Notes under the pieces: model-generated
The model's database searches: none
Told to the model about the DNA's origin: nothing
The model's input: only the letters and a program-made list of their open reading frames with translations
Program-made: the position numbers and the translations under genes
In this document: piece by piece, positions 1 to 14,000 of the stretch
How positions within the stretch are numbered: position 1 is the first letter of the stretch
How the letters are laid out: each line of letters starts with the position of its first letter
Source: Lytechinus pictus
Lineage: Eukaryota
DNA: 64,000 bases
Assembly (NCBI RefSeq): GCF_037042905.1
Contig: NC_087257.1
Location: 24,738,001 to 24,802,000 of the forward strand
Reading direction: 5' to 3'

Positions 1-30
1 GTGATTATCTTGGCCTTTGGAAGAATCCAT
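1..30 (-). CDS. Possible first coding exon of a gene running off the left edge (MDSSKGQDNH...)
   Basis: On the minus strand a tatag| acceptor at 33-34 is followed by ATG at 30 and 10 open codons. A GC-richer putative 5'UTR exon at ~690-1100 ends in a GAG|gtaaaa donor. Too short to identify. Confidence 0.25.
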   Translation of the reverse strand, partial: MDSSKGQDNH

Positions 31-391
31 ACCTATATACATTAATAAAATATTCATAACAATTTTCATTTAAGAAAGACATATTTTATGCAGATGATAA
101 ATAACAAAACCAGCTCCAATTATTTTATATGACTAAGATTTCGAGACTCAAGAGTTGTATAATAATTGATCGGATTTGTACTTTAAAAGACTTTTAAAAT
201 TAGAAATTTGAGACGTTATGTTTTTTAGACTCAAAACAACTATAGCAATTCAACTATTCAACAATTAATGCGGTAGCCACCTTATCCATATGGAATAAGG
301 CATTCAAGCAATCCGTAAGTCGATGAATAAATAAATAAATTAATCAACTAATTAGATCATCAATGCATAAGCAAATCAGGCAGGTTATCAT

Positions 392-455
392 GTCAGTCAG
401 TCAGTCAGTCAATCAATCAATCAATCTATCTATATATCAATCAATCAATCAATCA
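392..455. repeat. (TCAG)n/(TCAA)n microsatellite
   Basis: Directly visible tetranucleotide runs. Confidence 0.7.
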
Positions 456-1799
456 ATTATTGGTCTGAGAAAGAGGAAACAAAAATCAGTATAAAATATC
501 ATAACCATTCATTCAAAAATTTACTATGGAATGATCGAAGTTTGTATGCAGAGTGTCCCCAATATCGATAACTTTAAGTTAAGCCTTCCAATATGTTCGC
601 GAAAAATACATGTATACTCCAGTTCAATGTTCAATTAAAGCTTCGAAGAACGATCCCGCTAGAAGTTGAAACTGACGTATAAGAGTTTTACCTCAGTGTC
701 GGTTGAAGAATCGAAGAATGACCCTTCCAAGAAGGATCTCCATTATCGCAATACACCTTGTGGGTCGAAGAAAAAACTATCGACGCCTATCTTGACAACC
801 TGGATAGCGGCTGGTTGTCAGCTATCTTGTGCTAATCTTCATCCAGGTATACTGTTCATCGGTTATTTCAATAACCCGTTAATATCCATGACGAATCTCA
901 TCCCAGTAAATCGATAGCTCACTGAAATATATGCTACTCTCGTATAAAGCTCGCAATTCGTTTCTTCGTTATCCGGCCGCCGGAGTTTTTTTGTGTGGAA
1001 AAGTTCTGCTCTCTGGAACTTTATGCAGGCTGTTTTCCATGCCTGTTCTGGTATCAAGGGCGTGGCCCTCTGGTTCACAACTGCTAAATTAACCTCCTAG
1101 CGGCTGGGTAGCGGCTCAAAAAATGATGGCGCCTCTCGCTGCATGTGCGCTTAGCTTGCCTGGGTTTCCCAAGCTAGTATACTATTTGTAGCAGGGATTC
1201 ACGATATAAGAGTGCTTTACTATTGACTGAGGCCCTAACTCTTTATATCACCTGTACATGCAATTATTGTACTGTTCACTATTCTGTAAATTCACATGGA
1301 TTGGAAAGGAAGACCTGCGGATTATAAGTATATATATTTCCTTCCCCGGCATCTATGTGAATTTGTTATCCTATTGTTTATATGTTTGATTATGCCGAAT
1401 AAAATGATAATAATAATTTTGATAATAATCATCGTCATTATCATCATCATTATTCACTCCGTCAAGAACATGCTTAATGTGGCGCTGCATTACAGGCGTA
1501 TACACACTGCATATTTTGGGCGAACACTTGGAACATGAAAGCGAATATACAGAATTTTGATTTTAAAAAATAAATAAAAATAACAACTGCAGTTAACTGA
1601 AAAAAAGACAATCATTATTAACACAGTTTATATGGTTTAGCATGTTTAGTACAAGATCACAGAGCAATACTCACTTTCACGCAGTGAAAACAGGTTTATT
1701 AATCCATTGGAATCTCGAATTGAAGGCCCAATCATTCACAACATTTATGAGCTAGTGATTTAGGTCATAGCCAGCAGACTTGCATGGTAGTCTAGTGTT

Positions 1800-2111
1800 C
1801 ACTAGCGTACCTACGGGGGGGGGGGGCAGAAGGGGGCAGTCTGCCCCCCTGACGAGCCACAACCCATGCAAAGGACGTATCCCTGTCCCCCCTGACGAGC
1901 TTGAAGACCTTTATTGCCCCCCCCCCCTGACGAGCTTGAAGACCCTTTTTTTTTTTTTTTTTTTTTTTTTTGCTTGTCAAATTTTTTTTCTGGTACGAAA
2001 TCCTTCATTTGTGATTGAAGACCTTTTTTTTTGGGGGGGGGGGGGCTTGTCAAATTTTTTGGCGGACGGTTTTGCCCCCCCCCCCTGTGAAAAATCCAAG
2101 GTACGCCACTG
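1800..2111. mobile_element. Poly-G/poly-C-rich MITE (hAT-like), copy 1
   Basis: Termini CACTAGCGTAC...GTACGCCACTG; near-identical inverted copy at 3610-3910. Confidence 0.7.
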
Positions 2112-3609
2112 CTATAGTCATTCATTCATGGAGCTATGATTCAAGTTAGTCGATGGACCATTTACAATAAATGCGAGCTTTTACAATTCTCTTTGGGGCG
2201 ATTCAATGCTAGAAAAATCAGCCATGTTTCAACCTACTGTTCAAACAAACAAGGAACTTCAATGTATTTTGCGGTAATAATAAATTACTACAGGGTATAG
2301 TCATGTAAAAAATGACAACCAACAAAAATATGTTGTCCATGGGTGAATTAGAGGTGAGTAGGAGTAGTATTTATTTCCGTATTAAAAGCACAATTATATA
2401 CAATAAAATACGGTGGATTGCCCACATTCAGCGTGACTGGCACAGTCACGCTGGTCTTCCGTGGGGTCCAAAACATTTTACATTAACATATAAGTTAGAC
2501 ACAATAAAAGCAGATTAAAATAACAGATGTACAGAAGATAATGTTGCGTGTCGTACGGGACATTTCTGAGTCCCGTACGACGCACAACATTTTCTAATTC
2601 AACCACAATCAAACATTTCCTGTTAATCAGTTTTTCACAAGACTACCCACCGTCATAACTTTATTATTGACAAAAAATTAATTGTTAATGCTCAAGCAAT
2701 CAGCTAAGAGACTAGATATTGTTGTCGAAATGCCCCGTACGACACGCCTATGGAATTGCCCTTTGTCTGATCAGACAAAGTATTCAGACTAAAAAAAAAA
2801 CGATAAGTAAAGAATTATTAAGCCAGTGTTAGGAAAGGACGTTGCCATAAAAAGCAACAAGAGCTGAAGCATACTATAAAGATCATATCAGTGGCGGATC
2901 CAGCGGCGGGAGGGAGAGGGGCTGTGGACGCGCCCCGTCCCTATATCTAATGCTATGAGGCACTGGGTCACCACCCCTTTTTTTTGGGGGGGGGCGGTCT
3001 TTCCTTCTCTTCTTGATTTTATTGGCGGCATTTGCGTTATTTTTTTTCTGTAAAAAAAACAATCCAACCAAACCTTCAATCAATTATTCTACGGTCCCCT
3101 CATGGGGCCCAAAATGTATGACATCATCACCCACCGCTCTTACAGATTGGGGGCATAGGGCCCACGGACCCCTTAGATTTTTCACGACCAAGAAAAAATA
3201 CAGAGAAGACGAAAGTAAAGGAAAGGAAAAGGGGTGAAGTAATTTATACTATTTTCTGAATACGATGTAATAATCTACAGAAAAATAGATTTTTGTATAT
3301 AAAATGTCAAAATGTCGCTCGCTTCGCTTACTTGTAGCTCTTTTTTATGTTGTTGCAAATTTGCCCCATTCGCAATGTCTGGATCCACAAAATGGTTGGT
3401 CCGTTACGCTCCCGCGACGACCCTGATCCATTATTTGTAATCCCAGAAAGAATTGAAATATAACACCCTTCACTGGCTATTATGAATCCTCAACATCCTC
3501 TTTTTATAAGAAAAAAAGGTTTTTTTTTGTTACCGGAGGTAGAAAGGAAGGTCACACAAGTTTCTTTTGAATCTATGTTTGGTTCAGACAAGTAAACAAG
3601 TGATATATA

Positions 3610-3910
3610 CAGTGGCGTACATGGGATTTTTCACAGGGGGGGGGGCAAAACCGTCCGCCAAAAAAATTTGACAAGCAAAAAAAAAAAAAAGGTCTTCAAT
3701 CACAAATGAAGGATTTCGTACCAGAAAAAAATTTGACAAGCAAAAAAAAAAAAAAAAAAAAAAGGGTCTTCAAGCTCGTCAGGGAAAAAAAAAAGTTTTC
3801 AAGCTCGTCAGGGGGGGGGGGCAGGGATACGTCCTTTGCATGGGTTGTGGATCGTCAGGGGGGCAGACTGTCCCCTCTGCCCCCCCCCCCCCCCCGAAGG
3901 TACGCTAGTG
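3610..3910. mobile_element. Poly-G/poly-C-rich MITE (hAT-like), copy 2, inverted relative to copy 1
   Basis: Termini CAGTGGCGTAC...GTACGCTAGTG flanked by an exact 8-bp TSD GATATATA (3602-3609 / 3911-3918), typical of hAT. Confidence 0.75.
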
Positions 3911-5138
3911 GATATATACATGCAGACGTTTGAATGTTTTTCCAAATCTTGAATTCTTCTGGGCTTAGTCGAAACGAATTTATTTTATAAAAAACAACAA
4001 CACATTTGAAAATAAATGGACAATTCTGCATATTTCATTCTTTATCCTTGTCCACTTAAAAAAAAGAAGATTGTAGAAGCTTTGTCATTCAGTTACTGAA
4101 TGCAATTTTGTTTTGAAATATTTTTCGAGAAGATATCCAGGTATATGCATCTGGCACCTGCTATATTTTTTATCCCCCTCTCTCTCTCTCTCTTGCTTTG
4201 TCTTTTGCGATGTACATAAGTTTCCTAAACGTATATGTCTATCAAATTTCAAAATCATTTACCAATTCCGTAATGCGCATGCTCAGGTCGTAAAGCTTGA
4301 TTGAAAGTGTTTGAAAATTAGACGTTTCAGATAGACAGTCAGCCTTCAGTGGAATTCACCGAACATGCCGAAGCAGATTAAAAAGCAGGTTTCAAATCCT
4401 TTTAAGTTTTATTTCCTTGGCTTATTCTATAACTTCTATAGCAAGCCTATTCTTCATGTTTTAAAAGCATGAGAACGAATTCCAATTGTCATACAAAAAC
4501 AATAACAGAACATACGATATATATTATTCATGCTTTGTGAAAAAGAAAAAAAAAATCCATGTCCTTTTGGTCATTATTTCCGAATATTTTCTTCTCATCA
4601 TCTCATTAGAAGAAAAATACTGGGGGGGGGGGGGGGTGGAAGGGAGTGGGGTGGAGGTACTAATGTAAATGGGGATTCTACCTGCAGCTGACAAACAAGA
4701 CTAATTTTCTACCTGCAGCTGACAAACAAGACTAATTTTCAAGGGTTATTTTGACGGGAAGGGTACTCATTATCTTTTATTGGGCTTTTTGTTAATTAAG
4801 AAGATATGACACTTTCAGCACATTCTGAGTAAAATAGGCAAAAAAAAAAAAATATATAACCAGTTAAATGTAAAATTCCGGCTGTCCAATGGTGAGCCCA
4901 CATTGGTGTACCACTACATGTAGTGCCATTCATAGTAGGCCCCTACAGGCACACACAACTCTTATGTATACATATTTATAAATAAACAGATAGTTCTACT
5001 CTCCCACAAATATATATATATATTTCTTTCGTCATGCTTAAAGGAATTTCTGAAACAATTTTGACCAAAATGTACTCTTCAAATCAACACAACATATTTG
5101 CAAATTGTAGTCATTTTCAATCTAGTCTACTCTACATA

Positions 5139-5287
5139 CAGGAAACCTGTGTAAGTGGCCACCTATCTATAGCAGCCACATGTCGAAATAATGACCACTA
5201 AAACTGATTCCCATGGAGGCAGATTTCGTGTATAGCAGTCACCATTTATAAAGGCAACTGGGTGGTCACTAAACACAGGCTTCACTG
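5139..5287. mobile_element. Small Tc1/pogo-type MITE
   Basis: TA|CAGGAAACCTGTGT...ACACAGGCTTCACTG|TA: imperfect TIRs with TA flanks. Confidence 0.5.
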
Positions 5288-5505
5288 TACGTTTATTATA
5301 GAATTCAATATCCAATAGACCTTATTTTCAATCATCTCTGCAGAATGATGCAATAATGTTTTTGACAGTTAATGACACAAGATACATCATATATATATAT
5401 TTACATAATAATCATTTAATTCATTTAATATTAATTTTAAATTTATACATTGAAACTACCAAGAACATGGATCAACATCAGCATACTATATCTTCTAAAT
5501 TTCTG

Positions 5506-5773
5506 GGCCCCGTCTTACAAAGAGTTACAATTGACCTGATCAACTTTAAATATATGGAAATCCAACAATGTCACGATATTATCTCTAGGAAATTTGAAAA
5601 ATGCCCTTTGTAAAGAAAGAGAAGCACACTGAATTTTCAAGAAAACAATGGATGCATGATTATTCGTCACATCTAGAAAATATTTTGAACATGCATTTTA
5701 GATATGTAGACATTGCTGGCTTTCCATATTTACGATTGATCGGATCAATCGTAACTCTTTGTAAGACGGGGCT
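5506..5773. mobile_element. PIF/Harbinger-type MITE
   Basis: TIR GGCCCCGTCTTACAAAGAGTTAC / GTAACTCTTTGTAAGACGGGGCT with 3-bp CTG flanks; second copy at ~31490-31743. Confidence 0.65.
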
Positions 5774-8700
5774 CTGGTTATATGTATATTCTCTGGACAT
5801 CAATAAATGCAGGTCTACATAAATATCTGACGGGTCATAAATTACAAAAAGCTTTATTCTAGCGATCAGTGTGGAAGCCATACTTGAGAGGATCTGACTC
5901 ATTGGGAAGCGTTTCATGACCAGATTTGTCTGTGAATTTCCCCCGACTCATTTGCTCTCAGCCAATCAGATGCAAGGATTTCAGTAGCTTATAACATGTC
6001 TGTGAAAGTCACTGACAAAAACTTTGCATGAAACACTCCCTGATGTTTGTTGTCAAATTTGGTGTGAAGTTTAATCTATCAATAATTCATATAAACTTTT
6101 AAAAGCCTACATTTACATGGCTTGTAATGCAACAATACTTTTATACACACAAATCGACATGCAGGGCCTGTAAAAGAAAGAAAAATAAATCAGCCAAGTG
6201 ACCATTACAAAGGCCTTTGGGATTGGTCATACAGTTGATTTTACACTTGAATAACTGAACAGAATGATCAATGTTGTCATGTGTAAAGTCAGCTCTTTGA
6301 CCAAATGCTAAGCTTTGGGTTAATACGGAGCCCTGACATGAATAATTGTATATACATCAAGAAATGGGGAGGTCATTTGACAACCTAATATTCATTCCAT
6401 TGATGACCAATGAAACAACTCCTTTCACAGGTCGATTGCCCAACCATATCAGAAACAAGAATGAGGAAGGCCATGGGTTAGTCTGCATGCACAGACCTTC
6501 ATTGAAACTTTGATCAACAAGTGTGTCTTGACATATGAGGACCTTCTGTGCACTAGTCACTGCCAGGTAGTTTAGGGTGCTTTATTCAGACCACTTACCT
6601 TGAGTGAAGGGTTTGCACAGCAAACTAGCTGTGGGCATGTCAGGATAAAAAAGAAAAGGATTGTAGTGATAGTAAATTAATAGGCTTTTATAGGAGGAAA
6701 TTATAATTTGTTAACAAATTTGTTAACTTATGATCTTATGATTTTCATTACAGACCGAGCATACTGATCTTATGATTTTCATTACAGATCGAGCATACTG
6801 ATCTTAAACAAATAGGAGTAATGCCGAAAAAATTTGTTAACAAAAAGATTGTAGTGATATTAGAACTGAGTTTTATCAAGCATACTTATGATTTCATCAC
6901 ATCAGGATTTGCTTGTCTGAGGCATTTTCTAAAGCAGCTTGGAGTATGTCTGATGTGCCAGTTAACAAGCTCCATTTTTAGTTGTTTTACATTAAAACAT
7001 ACATTAGTACAAAATCACGATAGTTTACAAACTATATTGATCAAATTGTTGCAAAACATTGGTATTTTACTAAAAACATGAATGGTAACCAACATTTGCA
7101 TATTTCAACAAAAGCAGAGGATGCAACATATCTAGAAAATACAATTACTATTTCCAAACAATTGATTGTAATTTCTTGTACATGGTTTGCTAATTGCTAA
7201 TTGTACTACATTTATGCTTAAAGATAAAAGTCTAACTTTAAATCAAGATGATTTTAACCAATTTGATGTACATAGGTGGATACAAGTACAATAGACAATA
7301 AAGGCAGAGATGTGTTGTGCAGTAACACTTTCAACTGCATAAATGCATGACTATGAGAAGTTTTGCAATGTTTAAATGGAGTTGCCTTACAATTTGTAAG
7401 ATAGGAGAAATTATACTTCGATATATCAACAGTCAACATCAAATCTGTACAACATGAATTCTTTAGAGACATACTTGACATGTGATCAATATGACTTCTA
7501 TTGAGGCTCTCCATAAAGTCTTTCAAATTGATTGCAATAAAAAAATCTATTCCCTCTACAATCTCATATTTTAAAGGAGTAAATAAATCACTTATAAAGT
7601 TACAAATCAAGGTCAAGTATAGTTGTAATTCAGATGAACAAAGACTAAGAGTTTTCATATTTTGCATGAAAACTTCAACTAACTTTCATTTCAGTGCAAT
7701 CAATCACAATTCGGCAACTGGCTGAGATGATCTCAAAATAAACAAACTATCTTTTATCAGGGGCAATCATGGAAGACAATAAAAACATATGATTATGACA
7801 TATTAAAAGTAAAATGATTACCAAAATAAATCCCGAGCAAACTTCCAACACTAACACTGCCTTTAACATTGTTGTTGAGCCTAACTGAGTCAATTAATGA
7901 AATTTGATGACCAATTTCAAGCCATTTTAGAGGATTTGAGAGATTACCAACAATACAATGAGTTGTGGATGATATGCAGTATACATTTACATGTATAAAT
8001 TTGATTACCGTTACAGTGGTTATTGTATATCTATTTATATTTGAAGCAAAGAAATACAAAATTCAATCCTTCCTCTGCTACCCACACAATTTGTAAGGGA
8101 CTGTCTGGTTACAGTAGGCAATGATTTAGCTGTAAATGTAAATCCGGGACTAGGCTACATGTATGTTGATTTCTAAAAAGAATGGGGGGGGGGGGTTGGG
8201 GGTTTATTAAGCATCAAATAAGGTTTTTAAATTGTGATAATTATGCTAATATATGCATGAAATGTGACTTTCCTTTCCCTGCACAGGTTAATAATTTTCA
8301 CCCATCTCAAAGCCGATCTAAAGAGTTTAATGAACAGTTGAAATTGAACTATGTGTACTTGGGAATGGAAAAATATACAACATTGATAATACAATGCAAA
8401 GTACAAGCCATAACCAGCATTCTTTATTTCATTTTACTACTAGTATTTCTACTTTTTATTTATGTGTAACTCTGGCATTTAGAATACTGCGACAGACATG
8501 CCAAGTCTTAAGCATTAGAGACTCCCTCATTAGGGACTCTTGCTCGTCCCTCAAATCTCTTTCTCATGCATGCATCACATCCTATCCCCCTATACACAAT
8601 GCCTGTGATTTCGCAGAAGACCTCACACAAAGCTGGTCTTTGAACTTAGCATTTCAGTTGTAAAAAAATAAAAGACAAGGAAATGCTTCAGTTGCATCTG

Positions 8701-8811
8701 TATATATGAAGAGATAGTATCTACATTAACCTACATGTAAACAAAAATATAATACCATTATAACTTTACACAGGCTGAAAGAGCCATTGAAAATTTTTTT
8801 GAATCCATTCA

Positions 8812-9558
8812 CCCTATCTAGGCTGGGGGGGGGGGTGCTCGGAGCCCCCCTCAACGAGTCGCGCATTATTTTCGCCGCACGAAATTTTTTTACCGCCCTG
8901 CTTGCTGATTTGAGACCAAATTTGTGATGTCCAGATACGCAGTTCCGAAATTACGCAACATTACGTAAGTGCATGTCAGACCAAAAAATTGCTCAAAAAC
9001 ATGATTTTGGGTACAAAGTCAATGCAAATTGTGTTTTCAACTAAAAATCATAAATGAATGATTATTATTATTAGTTTAAATGGTCTAAATGGATTTATTT
9101 TATGCTGTTTATGCTCTCAAAAGAGTCCCCAACAAAGTTCATCAAAAATAATGAAAAACAAAAGGTAAAAAAATTAAAGAAAAAAGAAATACATAAGAAA
9201 TTGAAAAAAAAAAAAAATATAACACATAAGAAATTTATCCGATATCTCAGTTTTTTTCATGTGCATTGGCTGCTAATACCACAAAGAGTTTCTACACCAT
9301 AAATTGGAACATTTGGAGCTTAAGGAAGTTAAAGGAAAAGTATGATTTTTGCATTCTAATTATGTATAAATTAGCATAATCAATTAATAGCAATTTGCAT
9401 GAAATAAACTACCATACAATTTTGTAGATTATGTCCTAGACAACCTGCGTGCCAATTTTTGGCACAATCGTGCGGTCGACAGCCAAGATCTCAAGGGGGA
9501 GCGGCCTGCGAGCCCCCCCCCCCATATGATCTCCCAAAATACCCCAGCCTAGATAGGA
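8812..9558. mobile_element. piggyBac-like non-autonomous element
   Basis: TIR CCCTATCTAGGCTGGGG / CCCCAGCCTAGATAGGA; right flank TTAA, left flank TTCA (degenerate TSD). Confidence 0.6.
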
Positions 9559-10984
9559 TTAAATACAAGGAATAGGAAATAAAGGAACATATTATTTATT
9601 TATTATCTTTTTGTATGACAAATGAATTAGAATTTGAAGCAATTTTGTAAAAGATGGTAGCAGATTGGTGATGTACGATGCATGCTTTCATACATCTGCA
9701 AAATGTAAAATGTGTTTCCTCAAAGGATATAGTCTTTAAGTTTATCTACATAATGGGATTCTTGATAAACATTTGAATGACTTAAGGTAATGTTGTTGAC
9801 CCAAGGAACATCATGAGATTTCCTTGATTTCAATGACACATGAATGCATCAGGAAAATAGAAACCTCTTGGAAATCAATTAATCAGTGCAATTTGCCATC
9901 TGGAGTTTCCTGTGAATAGAGCTAGAGAGAGACGTAAGTTTTGTTCATCAAGAAGATTACTTAATGTACATTATACATGTACATGTATGTAGAGAGGGTG
10001 GATAGCCATGTTATCTATTTCTACTCACATATAGATATGATACAATACTGAAGTCACTTCACAAAGATGACTCAGAGAGAATGTAAAATTTCTGGCATTT
10101 CATGGAGCTCAAAATGATTTTGTCAGACATTAGCCCACTTTTAGTAAGGTGTACCAAGTTAAAACTACAAATAACTATGGATAATGGCTGAGCAAAGTGT
10201 GGCAAACTCGGTTAAAAATGTTACATTGTTTTAAATAACTGGATTGCTGGTTTCACAAGTGAGATCTAATTTCATTCATATATGTAAGGGGAACAATACT
10301 CAATCAATTCAAGATACTACTATATAATAGATCTTAGAGTGAGATCAATAAATATGTACAGAGGAAACACATATATCAGAGGAGCATTTCATATTGTCAT
10401 GACTTTCACTTAAAACTGTTGTAAGCTACTGAAATCCTTGCATCTGATTGGCTGAGAGTACATTTGTCTGTGAAAAATCACAGACAAGGTGATACATGAA
10501 ACACTCCCCTGATGTGCATTTCTTGACTTGAGAAGGTAATGTACTATTCAGAGGCCTTGTTTCAGAAAACGTGTCACAACTTCCTGTCAGAAACTACTGA
10601 AATCCTGAAATTTGATTGGTCTAGAGTAAATTTGATAACAGGTTTTATGAAACAGGGCTCTGGTCTTGACTCTTTCTTTCATTTTGCTTGTTGGTTTTAA
10701 TTCTTAATGCTGGGAGACAAATTCTTGCTTCAACAACATAATTTCAATGGTCCCAGGGACCTTGGTACACATTGAGTTTCTGCGATAACACAATTATACA
10801 GAGCAAGCCATCTCCTACTGCTGCATGGGGTATTCCTCAGACAACCCATGTAATGCCAAGTCCATTGGAATTGCAGTCTGATGAATAGCTCACATCACTT
10901 GATGACATATATCATAGAATCATCATGATTATCTTCGAGAGTCTTTGAATCCCTTGGAGGGATTCATCCAGCGGCCATTCTGTT

Positions 10985-11098
10985 TCATATTAGACTGCAG
11001 TAACCGCTGCATGCACCTTGGTTGGGCTGCCCTTGTTGACCGACTCCAAACCCTCTTTGCCTCGTGTCGTTCTCCCATAGACCCGGTGTCTGAATGAT
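10985..11098 (-). CDS. RAB18: Rab18 exon 7 (IIQTPGLWE...CSGYCSLI*)
   Basis: cccag| acceptor; TGA at 10987-10985; CaaX motif. Confidence 0.93.
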   Translation of the reverse strand: MIQTPGLWENDTRQRGFGVGQQGQPNQGACSGYCSLI

Positions 11099-14000
11099 CT
11101 GGGATGTAGAGATAATAACATACATTATAATCATCATAAGTAATAATAGGTTCCCACTTCTTGGGGGTTTCACACAAAGAGTCATGATAATAATAATAAT
11201 GCGCAATCCCATTCATTAATATGAGTTAGAATGCATCCCATGAAAATAATCTGACCAATGCAGTAATATAGTAATGAAGTAGAATTTATGAAAGTAGTTG
11301 CAGTAAACAATTTTCATGGTGTATGTCTGCAACTGTCTCAATCTGGTACAGTTACATTATTAAACTGAACTTTTTAAAATCATGAAATCTGAGCTGACAA
11401 AAATGATCACACTGAAGATACCCAACATAGATAAGCACATGTGGGACAGTGCATCATTATTGCTTGGAAAAACCCTCAAATTTTGGTGAAATGTATTGCT
11501 TATTTCTCTGCAATTACACAATTTCTTCCAGAATCATTTGGCACATATTCCTTAATCATAGACACTTCAGTGATCATTTTGAAATCGTAACCACAACCGG
11601 CATTTATATGTACATTGAAGTGTGATTTTAAGTCAAATTTGTATCTTTGTGAAACGCTACCCCTTATCTGTCTACTCAATCATGCATAGGCACTGCATCA
11701 CAAAGCATAGTGGTTGATTGTAGAGTTGATTTGTACAATTTACTGCACATAATGCAATCAATCATGACAATCCCCTCTTTGATCAATTACTGTTAAGCTT
11801 TGTGTCATCTGCATTGAGGAAGCTATTTCAGGTGCTTGGGAAGGGTGATACAAATAAATAATATAGGATTTGTACAGCGCATGTATCCACCTTGCTAGGT
11901 GCTCAAGGCGCTCCTATATTACCCTTGCGAAGCTAGTCTACCGATTCCGGTGCGCACAGCTATTTGAGGAATTACTTCCTGCTGGTACTTCCTGCTGGTA
12001 CCCATATGCCTCACCTGGGTTGAGTGCAGCACAGTGTGGATAAATTTCTTGCTAAAGGAAAACACGCCATGGCTTGGAATCGAACCCACGTCCTTCAGAC
12101 TGAAAGACGAGAGTCTTAACCACTAGACCACGACGCCCCCACATACAGAATCAGTCTACCTTGACCAGCTGCCTACATAACATGCACAGAATCCTCCTAA
12201 AGGAATCCTAATTAGATTCAAAGACACAACCCAAGTATGCCCGCCATATGTAAGAACATCTTCTTGCCACAGCCACACCCCCTTAAAGGGGAATCCAACC
12301 CAAATAAAAACTTGTTTTTATAAGGAAAAGAAAAATCAGACAAGTTGATAGGCGAAAGTTTGAACAATAATGGCCAAACAACAAGAAAGTTATGAATTTT
12401 TAAAAGTTTTAAATATTGGTAATCACTATACCCATGGAGACTTCAAATTGGCCGCATATGGGATGTCATAGTGATGTAAGGCAAGGACTACTCTTCCATG
12501 TACTCCAATACATATTATGGCTAAAATGTCATTTTTCCCAAAAGTTTTATTTTAAATTATATTTTTCTTACATGAGGAGATAAAACAATATACTACCTGG
12601 GTTATATTTAGATTACTACCCCAGGGGAAAGGGTACTTTGGAGAAAACCACAAATCCCTGATAATAAAGTACATGGCCTATGGGAAAGTTGTCCTTGCCC
12701 CTTGTCATAATTTACTTACTCAGTTGCCAATTTGAAATATACATAGTATTAGTGATCTCAATTTTAAAGCAGCTATAACTTTCTTATTGCTTGTCCGATT
12801 TCTTTCAAACTTTCACCATTCTGTTTAATTTATTTTTCTCCTTCCCAACACAACATTTTATGGACAAGGCTGGATTCCCCTTTAAACTTTTCCAGGTGAA
12901 TATGAGTCTTATCCTGAAAACTACTTTTCAGAGATGAAACCCATGTGTGATAGACTAGAGTTTTTACAGACGTACATCAATCAGATAAGATTATTTACGT
13001 CTTGGACCGACATTTAACGTCACCATCCGAACAACATGACCAGAGCTCGAACCTCTGCATCAATCCCGGCTTAAGACAATGAAACAATTTCTGGGGATAA
13101 TGTCACACTGAAGGAAAATACAAATATTATTACATATATCACATTCCTACCAGACCAATTCTTTGGGAAACCAAAATGTTGGTTTAGGGATAAAACATAT
13201 GTTATTGTAAGGGCGCTTCTTATTTTTTGTTCATTTTAATGAAATACACATTGACCCTGATAAGAGCATCCATGTACTGTACATACACTGTCCCACATAT
13301 GCTTTTCTGTATTAGTGATCATCAGAATTATAAGTTTTGAGCTAAAATTACATGATTTCACAAAGACAAGTTAACATTAAAGTACCAGGTCTAGATATAT
13401 AATAATAATATTTTGACAATTAACCTCTCATGAAATAATTGTTTGCTGCAACTACTTTCTTTTACCTTTAACCAGCAGGGCCCTACAACACAAAGTCTAG
13501 CAATTGATCCTAGCACAAATTTCCACAATTGGTTGTATTGGCCACAATGTACAATCACTCATTAAAAATCAATCGTACAATCAACAGCTTGGCACTGTGT
13601 AAATGGTGTCCAGTATATATACATTTTCAGGTGCATTTTAACATACCTTTTCTACAAGCTCCTCAAAAGCACATTGTACACCATCTCTTGTTTTGGCGCT
13701 GCATTCGATAAAGAGGCAAGAATGTTTCCTGGCAAACTTTAGGCCCTGCTCTCGAGATACTTCTCTTTTCTCCTGTACAAGAACAACAACATGAAGGCAA
13801 TCTTCATCAAAAGAACGATTCATACATTGGATTGTAAATATTTACATCAAAATTAAAGGCTGCAATGTTGTTTAAGAAGATAAATAAAATTCATCTTCCT
13901 GCTGAAGCTGTGATTGATAGCTGAGACAGTAATTATCTGAAATCTACAAATTATGCAGTCATTCAGACATCAATATATTCATGAAAAACACCACCATTGT

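Noticed and set aside
1780-3933. Several Gly/Lys/Pro/Phe-rich ORFs
   Set aside because: Translations of homopolymer tracts within MITEs; no coding signal.
4365-4388. ATG CCG AAG CAG ATT AAA AAG CAG|gtttca, a possible first exon after an NRF1-like site; superficially like the RPL38 start
   Set aside because: Weak donor, no downstream exon found, and the similarity is only ~5 residues.
7254-8663. ORFs of 70-137 aa
   Set aside because: AT-rich with no motifs or splice context; more likely Rab18 3'UTR or intergenic sequence.
12070-12140. tRNA-like sequence (also ~33718 and ~41962)
   Set aside because: Has A/B boxes but no proper acceptor stem and continues into a SINE body; a SINE head, not a tRNA gene.
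12288-12296. GGGGAATCC kB-like sequences at ~12288 and ~30732
   Set aside because: Part of MITE terminal inverted repeats; not counted as regulatory sites.
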